A stretch of 64,000 nucleotides of DNA from Phoronis australis (taxonomy: Eukaryota > Animalia > Phoronida): NCBI GenBank assembly GCA_002633005.1, contig NMRA01000012.1:1072564-1136563 (forward strand), in the 5' to 3' direction. The notes under the pieces are model-generated. The model saw only the letters and a program-made list of their open reading frames with translations, searched no databases and had not been told where the DNA came from. A program made the position numbers and the translations under genes. Positions 25,453 through 41,069 of the stretch are shown in pieces (position 1 is the stretch's first letter; each line of letters opens with the position of its first letter).

Positions 25453-27026
25453 AACAACATAAAATTGAACAGATATCAAATAATAAATATCCCTAAAATG
25501 GCAACACTTTGTCCTGTTAAAGTAGTGATAATAACGATGACATCAAAAAACAGCAAAAATGCAATGCCAACTACAGTAGAAATAAGATTTATCCGTCCAA
25601 TTAATCTAAATTTGTCCTTTTCCAATGCCTGTTTATATGACTGAGAAACAAGTTATTTCTAATAGCTCAATTGTTGTTTTATATCGCCAGTCAGTCCACA
25701 ATAAAACGTAAGGGTGACGGAAAGATTAAGAGAAATACGAGGGGATACAAAACTGGTTGTTTTGGTACATAAACTATCAGAAAAAAACAATATCAATAAA
25801 CTAACTGGCCGTAATAAAATAACACAGCAAAGGGGCCTTGTCCTTGAAATACTAGTGCGCGCGCGCGCGCGTGTGTTTTTAAACCAATATCTTCCACACT
25901 TCGGCGTTTGTATAACACCTACAAACAATTCTTTATAACTAAAGGGAAGCTGAACAAGAAAAAAACAGCAAGTGAGGTAAATATCAATTTCAGTTGCTGA
26001 CCGAGATGCGCCAGTTCGAAGTCAATTCTTTAAATTGATCCAGACGCACTTCAGTTACAAACCTCTCTAGAGTTCAGACATAATTATAGCCAGAATGCAT
26101 ATGTGTTGAAAGATAAGAAATCGCGAAATTTTATAACGTCCGAAAAAGTAATTAAAATGAACGTAGAACGGCATTCTCAACCACGCTGGCGCCTCTCAAA
26201 TAAGGACTAGTTTTCACTGGAGATCAAATATTATTTACCGATGGAACATTTTTCAAGCAGTTAAAACAAACCGTTTAATTAACTGGGAAAACACTTTTGT
26301 TTAGCCTCTTGATGGGAGCACCGAGCAGTACACCAGGGAATAACCAGGCTTAAATAGTAATTGAAAACGATACGATTACCCGTCAAGATAAATAACTTAC
26401 AACTTTTGAAAGAAATATGAGATTTCTTAAAAGCAAGGCATAATTTGCTACATTTCATGAACTAATTCTCTGAGAATGAAATTGCGCACACAATATTAAA
26501 TGGGTATTTAATATCTAGATGTGTAATAGATAGGACAAAGCACGTCTGCCACAAAACCTATTTTGGACAACCTAGAAATTATCAAAATTCCTTTACTTTT
26601 CGTATAAACTAGTCCAGGAATTTATAATTCACTTGAGGTGGAGAATTTTGGAATGAGTGTGTTAAAACCTTTCATTAAAATTCTCAAAACAATACTGGCC
26701 TTTCATTAGGTTGCATTAGGAGTACTGGTGACTGCATTGCAGCCTCAAGTCAGTGAAAAACAGCACATGAAACAAATCCTTTGTAAAAGTACATTAAATC
26801 AAGATTGCTTCCCCTCGCGCGACCCACTGCAACCTATGCACACCACTAATAATTTTTTTTGCAATCTGAAGAACAGGTTTATATTAAATAATTTGAAAAA
26901 AAAAGAAATTTTGCAACCGAAATTATGTCACCCCAACAATGAAAAACAGAAAATAAAATAGCTTACCTGACGACATATCCAGAGGATAGGGCGACGGGAA
27001 ACAAAAGTATTTAAGGTCGTACTTAC

Positions 27027-27201
27027 CGAAGTAGTACCCGGGTGTACCCATCATTTCCGGGCTATCGTCCAGCTCGTGGGGGGACATGCCAGCTCGAAGC
27101 GCCCTCATGCGACGTGGATTGCGGAAGAAATGTCGCCTTGCTCCTAAAGCACTCAGCTGCTTCATTCGGCGCTCTTTTGATCGCCGATTTTGAAACCAGA
27201 C
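27027..27201 (-). CDS. Lhx1/5: Lhx1/5 exon 4, homeodomain helix 3 onward ([33 protein letters not shown]...GYYF)
   Basis: 175 nt, phase 0-1, ttttag acceptor and GTAAGT donor; the post-homeodomain [12 protein letters not shown] is diagnostic for Lhx1/5. Confidence 0.96.
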
Positions 27202-30200
27202 CTAAAACGTAAAAATTGTATCCACCATCACTGAAATATACAGTGCCAGTCTGAAAAAGCAATTTTCACTAACGTTTGACAAATTTTGCACTATCTGTAC
27301 ACTGCATAAAAATTTAGTCAGCTCTCAAAAATATATATATTTCAGCAATAAAAAAATTAACTCGCATTGAAAAAATAAAATATATGAAATGTCACCGATA
27401 TCTTTTTTCAGAGAACTGTTACTACTGACCGTTATTACGGTTTCTCCGTGCATTCAATTAAACCCACGCGCCTATGCGTGAGACTGAGCCGTACATTTGA
27501 GTAAAATAAGTAGTAATACGAGAAAGGCCTACTAAATGTCGATAAATTACCAGCGTGAATTTTTAAAAAAAGTTGCAATATATCAAATGTAGGCATATGG
27601 GCTTAAATACCAGATTATGCATCAGTGTGATTATTATAATTATTTCTATTATTAATATTATTAATTATGCCTTCATTACCTGTTCGTCATTAATACTACG
27701 TAATCATTGTAATTATTATCAAGTTATAAAGTTACAATTTTAATCATTAATAAAAAATAATTAAAAGTATTGTTTATCAACATTTTCATTATGTCGCAAA
27801 CATTTAAGTCGTGTCATAATCATCATTATGATTATTATTATTATTAGTACTATTGTCCTTACCACAATTTTCAATTTCACCTCAAATAGTTGACAACATC
27901 ATTTTACTGTTATTGCCCGTTTCAGCTGAGTTTTTTTAGCATGGGGACAACCCGTATGCTTAGTGTGTTCCGTTGGCGACTTTCTTTTTATCCCGTATTC
28001 ATTACCAGATAAGAAAACGTAGACAAAACTCATAGGTATTATGTAACACTGCTCGGAGACATAGGCTTTAAGGTAAATAAAGATTTTGACAGGTCAAGTG
28101 ATAGTAAACCGCTGTGCGATCTATGGCGGGCACTACTTAAATTACAAATAATAAAGAGTAGAAAATAGGCCTTTACACAGCTATACTGGCGAGAAGAGCA
28201 GCGAAGAATAACACGGCTGACAGGGGAACACATCACAAAGCCCCAGAGGCTGTTTAAAGATTTGTCCAACAATCTGAAGCCGTGGCCAGGGCTTGAATTT
28301 CGCCAATCAAAACCACCGACAATACTATCAGTGACGGATAAGTGTCGGAGGATTCGAACACTACACCAAGGCACGCTCGGATGCTTCAAGCGATTTGACG
28401 GAATGCATCGCGTCCGTCCGCAGCCAGAGAGGTACAGGCCATAACTTAAAATATTTTGTCTCTGAAGTGAACACAAAAGTTGACTGTTACCCTTTATAAA
28501 CCGTGTTGGTTGCAGATTCATTCAGTTTTCTCCTCCGGATTTTCAATTCAACCGCAGAAAATATCGCGATGGCCAACTTTCTTTAAATTCAGTTAGATTT
28601 CAGTATGATAACTCTTAGCAATAGTCTAGCGTTGCAGTAGCCTCTTTTTACAGTAGAAGTTGGCAAGTTCCTACTTTGACTTTTGTCATTTGAGCCTTTG
28701 ATAACATTTCAATAATACATCATTACCCACTGTTAATAACACTTGACCTTTTCATTGCTACGAATTCAGATATTTCCAATTCAATCGTTTTTATTTTAAC
28801 ACCAATAAAGTATGGGTAATTACAATACATTCATGATCATTAACCACCCGCATCAATTTGACAATGCACATATTAACTATACGTGTCATCTTCCTCTTGA
28901 AACGACACCTGAAAACCTCCACCACAGTTAAGCAGATTACGGTGTCCAAGATATAATAATGGCTAAGGAAACTACTACTGGCGGGAAATGGTATGCGTTT
29001 CTACCAGTTAGCCTAGTAGCCGAGAAGAGGCAAATCGCGCATGAGCGAGACTGGCGGTAAATGCAACAATAACATAGAGCGACGGCGGACAATTACCGTA
29101 GACAGTTGATTGTAGAAAGAACGTGCGAAAATAACATCAATTACCAAGCAAATTTATCCAAAATGAGTAAATTATCCTATTAAACGCTGAGGGCCGCTTT
29201 CTACACTTAGCGGACTCTGCTCAATTGTAATTTATGTAACAGCGAACTCAGTCAGATATTTGTGAGAGAGAAATTGCGCTGTAAACAAGGAGAGGGGTTT
29301 TACTGCAAACATTTTGAGAATGGATAACAAAGTAAAACATATCAAAATCAGACAAACGTACACTAATTACAATGTTATAGTAATCGGCCGCCGTTGATCT
29401 TGGAGTATCATCAAAACTCAAGTTATTACTTTAGATATTCAGATAGTAAATAACATAACACAGATTAAGTAATCAATGAATACCGGCAAGGCAACTTCGG
29501 GGCATTTGTTCACGGAAAGTTGAGAACAACATTTCACATTTAGGTTTTGTGACTAATTCACGTTCCGCCGCAGTCTTTGTCTTGGTATTGCGTTTGTTGG
29601 AAGAAATTAAAGTTTTGTATTTAGGCCAATTAATACTTTTGGTTTTCCCCGCGTCATTCGGAATTGTGACATGTTTAGCAAATTCAAACTTGTGTAATCT
29701 GAATTCGTGATTGCAGTTATTTAGCCCCACGGTCTCTCATTATTTGTCCGCATAAGTCCCATTTCGTCAAACTACAGAGGTAAATGACAAAACCGTTAGG
29801 TGCTTCACTTCTGCCCAATGTAATAGAGAGCAATGTTCTTAAAAATTAGCCATCTCTATCAAACTTAGCACGAGCAACAACCACGTTGGCATTGGTTCAC
29901 CCACATTTGCATTCTCACGCTAATATTCCTCGGGGCTCTATTATTACGAAGTCACTTTTGACCTATTCCTACTGACGCGAGTATAAATCAGTAGATAATC
30001 CATGTGAAAATAGAAACAAAAAGTATCTTCCACTGAAGCATATTAGACCAATAACGGCGAGAGTTGGTCGATAGTCATGGAACCCAACGGCAGATGTTAA
30101 ACTGGGAAACAATAGGTTCACCTGACTACATTATTCCTAATGGAACTAAGCTGACAAGGTGGTTCTTTAATTTAACTAATAAGCTTGAAGCACATATCCT

Positions 30201-31647
30201 TTCAACTTCTGTAAAACAACCGAGTTCTCTTATATCACAAGAATGCACGATCTTAATTATATTTATGAATGAAACACTAGTTTTATCAGAGGTTCACCAA
30301 TGAGGCAGGGACGAACTAGTGAAATTTTTATTTGATGCCTAGTTAGACGAAACAAGCGTGTTTACCCTTACGACTTCACCACCAAACAGGTAAAACAAGG
30401 AAAATGGTTTACATTATCTTAAAATTAACCACCAAACGTTCCGAGCGCGGCTGATCTTCGTTATTGATAAGTATAAAAGGCACGAGGATTTAAAACAGGG
30501 ATGGATCCACCATACAACACATCACCGTGTCACTCGTTTAACCATTTTTTAAGCTCTGTTATGATAATTGATTGTAGTCTGTACACCAAGATTCTTACGA
30601 GAAAAGCAAGACCACGAGAGTCAAAGGCGAGTGTTTCGCTAGTAGGCCTATGCACGAGACCATACTGGCGCACATCTAGCAAAATGGCGGCCACTGAAGT
30701 GTTGGTCGGCGAGGATGGAATGTAGACTAGTGCCAAAGCACTGCGCACTGGAGACTGGAACGAGGCTAGTTGGAATGTTGAGTTATGGGATGGAATATAT
30801 AAATGGTGAGACAGAATTTACCGTTTCCGTTCCAGCAATAATCTCTCGACGCAAACGCATGGCCATTCGGTATTAGGTCTACTAAATGCAGCCATGGTTT
30901 TGAAACCACTGTGCATAGTTTACAATTACCTATCGTTGACAAAGACCGCCCACGCTCGGAACGTTAGGTGGTATATTTTATTCAACTGTACATTCATCCT
31001 TCGCGAGATGTAACAGTAAGTGTTAGTGGTAGAATAAAAAATAAAAAAGAAGATTATGTGAAACAGAATAGTGACTTGTTTTTTCACACAACAGCTAGAC
31101 ATTTTATCAAATGTCGTATTTTTGGTCGCAAAGCCAAGACGGTTGTAAGCACGTTGTAGCAAACGCGACGATAAGCTTTTAGAAGAACGAAAACGTTGCA
31201 ACTGACGTTGTTAAGTTGATAAATTTCATATTCATATTAATATTTAATAACCGACTTCACGAGCCAGATTAATGTAATGTTCGCAAATTAAAAGTGAAAC
31301 AGTCTTAGCTGAGACCGGAGTGTGTTGGTTTACTTTAAATGTGCCTAGTTGAAAAACTTCAAACATAAAAATGAACGAATGTGACAATTTACTTAATGTA
31401 AAGGTAAATTGCTGGTGGTTCCAGAAAGAAATCTAAATATATTTGCTCATTTAACAATACCTTTATCTCTTAGCCATACCCGCATTTTGTAAAAAGACAA
31501 AATGTTTTACATGTCATTATATTTAGATGTGATCTGAGAACACAAGTATAAACAAAGGAGCCTGACGTAGGTTTTCACAATATATAGAGATAGTCAGTTG
31601 TCTTAACAACTTCTCGCTCACAGTTTCAAATAAAAGTGAAATCTTAC

Positions 31648-32015
31648 CTGTATTACACGCATATTTAGGCCCGTTTCCTGCGCCAGCTGTTCCCTAATAT
31701 GGCGAGTCGGCTTGGGAGTCGCTGCAAATGCTGCCTTTAGTGTTTCTAATTGTTTAGCCTTGATTGTTGTCCGAGGGCCGCGCCTTTTCGACCCCACCCC
31801 CTCCCCGTCATTCGCCATGTCTTTAGAACTATTGGAGTCACTGTTATTGTCTTTCGTGGACGAAGCGCCGTTCACAGAGTTTTCTTTATTGTTATTGTTT
31901 TTCTCCGGAGGGGTCGCTGGCTCCTCGCCATCCAGACTCCCTTCTTTGTCCGACAGCCCCCCCTGACTGTCTATCGTAGCACTATCGAAGTCGTCTAAAT
32001 CTTCTACGTCAGATC
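31648..32015 (-). CDS. Lhx1/5: Lhx1/5 exon 3, acidic/Asn-rich linker and homeodomain ([47 protein letters not shown])
   Basis: 368 nt, phase 1-0, ctgcag acceptor and GTAAGA donor; homeodomain essentially identical to LHX1. Confidence 0.97.
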
Positions 32016-35000
32016 CTGCAGTGGAAAGAAAACACAAATAAACAAATGTAACCTTTCTCCTGGCGGCACACAGATCGACGTCTAGACAAGAGGGTTTCTT
32101 GGGGACACCTGACTCTCGGTAGATAAACGATGAGTTAAATGACCGTTTGTTATTTTAACTAATCAAAATGTTCTTTGTAATTTGTGGTTTTTAAATTGGA
32201 TACTAGGACAGCAAACGCGTTATCTCGCATATACAAGATATCATCAACTGCAGTTAAATAACCCGACACAAATAAGAAAAACAAAAAGATTCTATGGTCA
32301 CTTCCAAAATTGCGAAATATCTGACGGATGATAATTCAATTTTAAAACTGGTCACTGAGTTTTTGTTTATTTTTGTGTCAAACGATGAATTACGTGGACA
32401 CCAATTCTCATAACGCAAGACATCAATTTACTTAAATGTCAGAGTCAAAAAGATAGGGTAAGTTCTTAAATACATGTACATTGAGACAAATCAATTGTCT
32501 GAGAATAATATCATGAAATATTAATGTATCTTCACGGCCTACTGGAACGTGAGACCAAATCCATACAATCTGACTAAGGCTATTGTTTACCAGTGGATTA
32601 AACTGAGGCCAGTCGCACTGAAGATGAAGCGAGCTGGTGGAATATTAAACAATTATCAACAAGACCATGTGGTTCTACGGGATTAAGTTAGCGAACAAAA
32701 AACGGAATTATGAGTATCGTTTTCAAAAAAATCAATTTTTATGGAATTAGGAAATATCTGTTGATTGAAGAATGGGGAAATTGTGTTGTTGTGCAGAAGC
32801 TAAAAATTCTGATCGGAGGTTTTTAGTTGAGAGGATTAAACTGGCAAGAACAAGAACAGTATTATTCAATTTTGAAAAAATTACCATTTGAAAATTTTAA
32901 CAGAGCTTTTGTACACCGACTGACCCGCAAAAGAAAAAAAATAATGGCAGCAAAAGGATATCAAGATGTACGAGCAAACAATTTTAACATTCGCGTGATG
33001 ATGTTTCGTTTTTTGTTATTTTTGGATCACCTTCAGAGCAGTAGTCAAAACTGACATATTTTCATAACTGAGTGGAAATTTTTAACAGCAAAACAAACAG
33101 TAAAAAAGATTACCGAGATAAACAAATTGTTTACACGAGAAACGTAATAATGCAATGATTTAAACATGATGTAAAATACATAGTAATACAAGCTACACAG
33201 AACACATTGCAATAACATAACAATTCAACTGTCACTTAAATATGGTGGGATAAGACACAGACCGAGTGTTTCGAGTATGGGATTCATAAAAGACCAGAAA
33301 AGATTTCGTTTAACGTAAATGGTGTACTGTTACAATACATCAGTAGAGCTAGTGGTCCGATTTTGTTTCGTGCAAAACATTTTTCCCCACAAATACATAA
33401 ACATACAATGGTGTCTAAAAGTTAGAATTCACGACTTGGTTACGATACAATCTCACCATTTCGGAAAATTTGTCAAAACATCATTTTCTTCATGTTTCAA
33501 AGGCTTCAAACATAGTTGTGAATGGTCACAATTTTCTAAAATATTGTTTGTTGATATCTATGGTACAGAACTTGAATATGACAAAGCATCATTTTGGCAC
33601 TTTATATCATTTATGAAAAATGAGAAAATAAAATTTCACGTGTCCGCCGTCCTAAATTAGTGAGATTTTAACGTAAGCTGCAAATGAACTGATACTAATT
33701 GATAAATTTAGGGAACGCAATAACCGAGAATATGCTGACAAATGGAAACAAACAGTTGACAAACGACAAGTAAGGAAAAACAAACATCTGTTTTATGAAA
33801 GTCGGTATGACTTGTGTCCTAAATGCGGTGCACGTAGGTAGTTGTGTGAAGTAGACGCCTCCGTTTTACTTAGCACCTATTATACGACGGAATGAGGCCC
33901 GAATCACTGTTGGTGAAACTATGTTGACTTAAGTCAAAATGGAACGTCACAGGTCATCGCAAAATAATCACAGTGGCGCAATCAAATATTTATGAGACCT
34001 AACACCTTTTATTGTTGGCTGCGTTGGATACACCGGGGATGATAGGACGAGAAAGGCGAAGAAAAATACGGGCAATAATAGGGAGAATTTGAAAAGTAAC
34101 AAAGAGTCCAAAGTGACATCCTCGTCATAGAATCTGGCTTGTATGAGTCTTAGCTATATGTTTCCATTACTAGTCAATAGGGCAGTCTCTTGTATCCTTT
34201 CTAAATAAAAGGCTCGCTTGAAATGTTATTTTTCTTAAGCCGCTATTCAGATCACTAACAAAAGAAATCTCGGCGCATGTTTATTTGTGAACAGATACCA
34301 CAATGGCTATATCAAATTTATCTCGAGCCAGCGAATAAAAAAGCAAATGGATAGATTCTATGCTATTGAGACTAATATTTTTATTTCTCCTTGAATAAAC
34401 GCAAAGAAAGCGTCTTTAGAAACGAGTATTTCTATGCCAGCCAACTTCACAACAAGCAGTATTTCAGGTCAGCTAAGCTCCACACATACACTCGTACACA
34501 ATTAAAGGCTTAACAAGACAAATTTGATAAACACCCTTGCTTGTTATAATACATACGCCGAGCAAAACACGCGACTTTGGGCATTGACAAGATCATTGTC
34601 AATTAACTAGTTGGAGTGGACGAACGAGTAGCGGTGATTACAACAAAAATGATACGAGATGCCGCACTGGCGTACCTAGTCCGCCGTGGTGGTAACATAT
34701 TGCACCATAATGCGCACCAGCGAGTTCTCGTGTACTAAATTTGCCTTATATTCGACATATATCAGTTGTAACAGAAGACAGTGGCAATAAATTCGAGGAT
34801 GAACCTCGCCAGCAGAATCTGTTTTTCTGGTAACAGGTTTGCTCAAGATAGAGAGAGTGAGAGAGGGGGAGATGGGGAGAGACAGGAGCAGAGATACGTT
34901 GTGACGTCGGCATAGTCATTATGGATGGATAAAAATGTCCTCGTAAACGACCGTCAGTTTAAGAGTGAAGGAGAATATTTCAAAGTGTATACTAATTTAC

Positions 35001-38000
35001 CAGATACACATATTGTTATAGCATGAAGGGTAGGGAGCTTTTAACATCTACAATCCTTGAAAACGAAATCTGGCCAAAGGAGGTTACATCTCCATGGAGC
35101 AATAGCTGGATTAGCTCTTAATTGGAAAATGACTTTTTAAGCATTCTCTATCAGTCAATGACCCAAAAGTGCTTCGTAGTATTTGCCACGCTGCGTAGTA
35201 GTAAAATCAACGCTAATTCTCATTGATAGACAGTAGAAGCCTCAAACGTTTTCACAATCAAATTTAGAAATTAGATCAGTGGCAGTCCCGCGGGTAATTA
35301 CACGTTATTAGACACAGCAACTTTTACTTATACGTTTCTTAATTTCATTTCCCATCCACTACGCGACAAGAACAAAATCTGATATGAATTGTGAAATAAT
35401 TGGACTGAGCATAAGCCGAGAATGCGCAATCACCAAATATTATATCATGAAGTGATGTGACGTGGTTAGTAAGAGAACGCAGAAATTGGTTATTTATCCT
35501 TAGGTATCGATATATAAGTGTAGTTTAGTGACGATGAAGTCCGGTAGGACAACCATAGGTAGGAAACAGCAGGCATTGGTTAACTACGAAATGGACCCTT
35601 GTTACGACACAAGCCATTTCAACTATCCAAACGTAACTAACGTACGCTGGATCATTCGTCGCTTTTGACTTAAAGATTATCAAAAAGCTACAAAAATAAT
35701 GTGAATATAACGCTCTGCACACGAATCACGTGATCCATTAGCAGAAAGACGTAGCAGGTATCAAAAGGAGTGAATGAAGACAAGTAATTTACAAGCTCCG
35801 AGAGCCGTGAGAACTTTACACATATATCTTCTCCATACTGCATAACGAGTGAAAAGGAGACGACAAATTCCTTTCTCTTATCATTTTACCGATCAATACA
35901 CGTCCAGTTGAGCCCAGAGTTTGAAATCAATGAAATTTCAATAATATATTTGTCCGCTTTTATGCGGTGTCTTGTTGGAGACATTGATTTTCTCCACTTG
36001 TTTGGAGATGACAGTATGTTCCATTCCTAGTATCATAGCCAAGAGCCTTGGAAAACACTCAAGCTGGGCCCTCCGCTCAACCTTAATTATTTTACATCTA
36101 CTCCTAGTTAAGTGTGCTTATGTTTTTCTAAGGCAGCGGCTGACATCAATAACTCGCTCTAATCTATTCAGCGCTAATTTTTACTGTTGATATAAATGAT
36201 TCGTAAATAACACAATGTACTACATATGTTTTCATTCGAATGCAGGGTCACGCAATTGTAAACACACGTGCTCGCGTGTAAATCTCAACCCTTTGTCAAA
36301 CAATTCTAGAAGCTAGGCAGGTGATCAGCTCACGGAAGTATTTCAATATCAGCCCTGGCTGAATCCACGTCACCTAGTAGATATAACATCACCGATTTGT
36401 ACGCAGAATATCTCAGCCATAGCCTATCCAAATACACATGGTCTCAAAATCTTTTCTAAGTATCAAGTTGATACAGTACACCTTTAGGAAACAACTTCTT
36501 AAACGTATACATCAGTCTCATACAGTTCACGAGGCAATGGTTGTCTGTAATTTAAAAGATGTTCATCAAAATAGTGCGCGAACAAATTTGAAAACCCATT
36601 TCTCAACTGACAGGTACCGAACATTAAAACTGATTTTGGAAGCCCAACAAAATTCAACTGCGAATGTTACGCATACGTGAGTCTGGATCACATGAAGTTA
36701 TCGAATGCTCTAATTTTCCGGAAGTGGTGACGTTGCGTCTCAATATCTTTTGTGGAAACCAACAAAACGTTGGCCACTACTCAGTGGTTTCGGATCGCGC
36801 CCGATTCACTCAATATTATTGTACGGCTCTAAGAATTGTGAATATGATTCAAAGCGAATCTAAACTCCAAATACCTCTTTCTTATAGAATAACTCCGCGT
36901 AAATTTACTGTTGTTTATTTTGCTTTCTTCGGTAACGTAAACAAAGCAGACACAAGGCGACACGAGGGTCAACAGAGAAACAACGTGGATATTTGTAGAC
37001 ACGGACGCCAGTGAATACCTAGGAGTCGGGCGGCCGGCATGATCAAACGCAACATTCCTGCATCCAGTTGACTATTGTTTTATGTATTGAAATAGTACGA
37101 ATAAACAATATGGACTAGCTGCCTATTGTTGGCAGCGGTTTACACCGTGGCCAAATCAATGTAACAAGCACGCCCTTGAGGCGGGAGTCGACCAGATGAG
37201 AGACAAGATACGTTACAAGGAAGAGGTTAAAGACAACTGAATCAGTCACTGCTAAGCTCTACCATTGTGATGACAAACCCTTTTGTTTCATAATTCAACC
37301 ACGACTGGCCCACCTTTGTGAAATTTTATTCCGTACACCCACCAGATAATCTACTCCAGTACCCCAAGTTGATATCAGAGTTCTGAGGGGAGCAAGTAAT
37401 CACTGGATAACCTAAAAAAATACCCAACACATCCTGGGTCTACATAGGGTTTTATAAACATCAGACGAAATAATTTTGGTTCAAATCGCTCGCCTTTTAA
37501 AGAGAAAATTACTAAAAATGTCTTACATATTCGCATTTTGGTAGTCTACCAACGGAACACTGTCAACTCAACAAGAACGGCCTAACTAGGTAATACTTGT
37601 CGTTTCAAAAGGAACTAGGAAATCCTAAATTGCCTATAAATAGCGATTTTCAACGAAGAGTTATCAAAAAATGGGTGCTTTAAAATAAAAAATTAGTAGC
37701 AGTAGTTTTAATCCAAGTACACGCTACAATAGCGCAACAGCTGTTCATTCGGCAGGAATATTTACAAGCCTCACTAACAGTGATCATTAAGAATGACGTA
37801 ACAACACATCCGTTTTATTTACAGACGTTGGGTAGGACGACCACCTTAACATAACTGTGGGTAAGTGACGTGTTTTAACTATCGTTATCCGTTTTATCTA
37901 TCATTGTGAGCACGTACGTATCTTAGTTGTGAGGGATCTCTCGGAAAGCAGTGTTATCACTGAAGAGGCGACCCTCGTTTCAAATACTACAACAAATAAA

Positions 38001-38030
38001 TGAATAAATAAAGTTATTCATTCGCCTTAC

Positions 38031-38233
38031 CTGTGTAATTGCTTTTTAAATAATCTTCTTTGCAAATAAATTTGTTTTCGTCTAGCACATAAAGTTCCTC
38101 TCCTGTTGACAGCTGCTTACGGCAGACGACACAAGTAAAACACTTGAGATGGAACACCTTGTTTCGCGCCCGTCGCACGAGATCGTTTGGGGAGATTCCC
38201 AATGAGCAGCCGGCGCACTTGGTTCCATACCGT
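38031..38233 (-). CDS. Lhx1/5: Lhx1/5 exon 2, LIM domain 2 (RYGTKCAGC...[11 protein letters not shown]...KFICKEDY)
   Basis: 203 nt, phase 2-1, cttcag acceptor and GTAAGG donor; complete LIM C2-HC-C2-CD ligand pattern. Confidence 0.97.
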
Positions 38234-41069
38234 CTGAAGAAAAAAACGCAACAACGTTGCTTCAAATCTAGAATATTTTTTGGTAAAATTGACATGAACT
38301 TAAAACTGAAATTAATGAAACCAGAAGCGTTTACGCAGAAATGTTTTAAAAAATTTCTAACGATTATTTATACTCATCGTGGGACTAAAGTGCACTTCAG
38401 TGACCGCAGCAAACATTTAGCACAGATTAAAAATGTAAATTCAATCAACCCTTAGGATATTTTACTTAAATAGAACATTCAATGTACCGAGATGATCCAG
38501 TGCACATTTTAAAGCAGTGCCTTGAGAGACAAATAACTCGTGTACATTAAGTGCATTTCAAAACTTGCACAACATGATATCGCTCAAGGACAGAACTATA
38601 TGAAAACTAGCACAAAAACTTTATTTCATAGAACCTCAATTTCTTTCTTCCTTTTTAACTAGAAGTAATGAGTCATCCCCTGGTTCACCGAACTGTCCAT
38701 TGAATATAAGAACCTGTCTGAATTTTAAAACAAATAATGTATAGAGTGAAACATGTGGAATGGCGTTGTAACGTATTGAATCCATAGCATCGCTTAAGTA
38801 TTTCTAAATTCCCTGTTGTTCACTTAACGTAGATTTATTCTGTTGTACTCCTGTTTTAAGAAAATATTTACAAGTATACAATGATACTATTCAAAAAGGG
38901 TAAATGTAAAACAGCCATAATGTAGCGATTCTGTCGTGTCAAAAATAAAATCTCGACTGCATCATTTTCACAGTTTTTATTATTAGTGAGTAACTTGAAA
39001 AGGTTTTCTTTTGTCTTTGCTACTTTACAAGTCTTCCAAGTGAGCCTTCAAGTGAGCCCGGAGGTCATGCTTTATCGATCTTTGAACTCCGATTGGAGTC
39101 TAAAGTGATTACGTAACAGCTTCAGTAAAAATACAACTCGAGTGACACATGTCATAATTTTATTCAAGGCATTATCGATATAAGATGCACGCGTGTGTTC
39201 TACCGTTACAAGGCATCTCTCGTGTAAGCGAGCTGTCTCTAGTTATCGAAACTTTTGACAGAATATTATCTGCCGATCACAGTATAGTAAGACTTGAATT
39301 TCAAACAAAAGGGATTAAACGCCATCTACGAACACCTGTTCAGTAGCAGATTTTTTGCAAATAGTCCGAAACTAAGAATTGCATCTTAAAATTTCTGATT
39401 GCAGTATCTTTTGTGGGTGAATTTTATCTTGGCAACGACATCCAAGTTGTGAGTAAATATTAGAGGGATGCAAGGTATTATACATATGTACGGTAGCTCT
39501 CTATTGCCGACCAGTGCGAGGCGTGGTATTCCACCAATTCTGCTCGAGACAAAATGAACATCAATTACCACTTTTCTGTCTCGTGATACATGTACTAATG
39601 CTGGAAACGACAATTAGAAATTTCGAAAATGCAACTAGTTGAGAAAACTTAACGTCAAATTTTCTGAAAGGCAAATTCTACCGTTGAGTTAGAAGAAAGC
39701 TGACATAATGCTTTGCTTGTTATGTCACTGTTTGCCGCGATAACTGTGCAAAACCTGAAAACTGTCGTCTACAAAAAACACAGGCATCAAAACTGCTCAT
39801 GACAGACTAAATGTAGTTCGTGAGATCTTTGGCAAGCTCGTATGTCCTCCGGAGCGCGTGTGCCAATATAGTGGGGCAAGAGTGTGGAGATAGGGTTGCT
39901 AATATCTTTCGCAGATCTCTCATTAATGTAATCGAGAAACGCCGACGAGGATTGCGGTCTTCCACGACCAAACGACAAGCGCCCTTCTCTGCTGTTTTAT
40001 CGTGGGTCAGAAAATTCCTACTGTGCTTTTTGATTTTATATGAAATAAGGGGTACCTAGAAAGTGATACGGAGGAATTCGATGGTAAGATACCCACACTA
40101 AACGTTCCGTGTTGCAAACAGCAATCTTTCAGGACTGTTCTGGATTTATAAGTTCGCAACAGCTGTCGGACACCACGGACTGATGTCTTCACTCAGGGCT
40201 ATTTCAGTACGTAACATTTGGCTGTATTGAACAAGAAAATTAAATGTTACTGTTCGTACAATTCTTGGCAATTCGTGATTGCTGTGTCACAAGTTTTGAT
40301 TTGAGTAACTCCTTGATTTGGGGAGTGCGAATTTGAGCTGACAAGACACAAAATTTACAAAAAACACGAGTTAAATTGTGCGTTTTAGCGAGACTTGTAA
40401 ATAAGAAGTATAGAAATTAAAATTCATACAACTTCTTCGGATTCCAAAAATATTAACAGAATCGGAAACCCCACCAGGAAGAACACCATAAATAGTGTGA
40501 AACGGTTTTAATATTAGGACCTGTGCGTGGTTTTACTTTGTTGATTAACTTTTGAGTTGACGACATACCACGATGTAGCGTATAGATATCAGCAATAGTC
40601 ACTTTTGATTATCCCTGAGTTTGAGAACCAGAGAAAACGCCTGATAAGTTCTTTGAATGGTACTGGTTCTCAAAATAAGAGATCACAATAAGAGACTAGT
40701 ATCCAGTCTACAACGCTTATGGTCCCACGATAATATAACGCCAGCAATTAGTATATTGGAATATAAACAAACCAATACTTTCTCAACAAGTTTATTGATT
40801 CAGATCGTTTTTCAACTGTCACTTTAATGTAATGTTTAGAAATAGTTTACATATAAATACGAGCATCGTGATATTTCGTGACCATATTTATTTACGTCCA
40901 TCACACACTGCAGATTCGGTGCACGGGGCTGCACAATGCATATGAATGAAAAATTTAACATTTTGCACAAAATGCGCTGCACAAAAATATCTGGAAACGA
41001 ATGAAAATGAGACGTTCCTCATGACACAAATTAAACTTCAGTTTAAGGTGAGCCTTGAAAATGATTTAC

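Noticed and set aside
28039-28521. Longest ORF in the track (160 aa), in Lhx1/5 intron 3
   Set aside because: No recognisable motifs or supportable splice structure; length is compatible with chance
37960-37985. CTGAAGA...hairpin as a hammerhead
   Set aside because: No correctly placed GAAA or cleavage triplet
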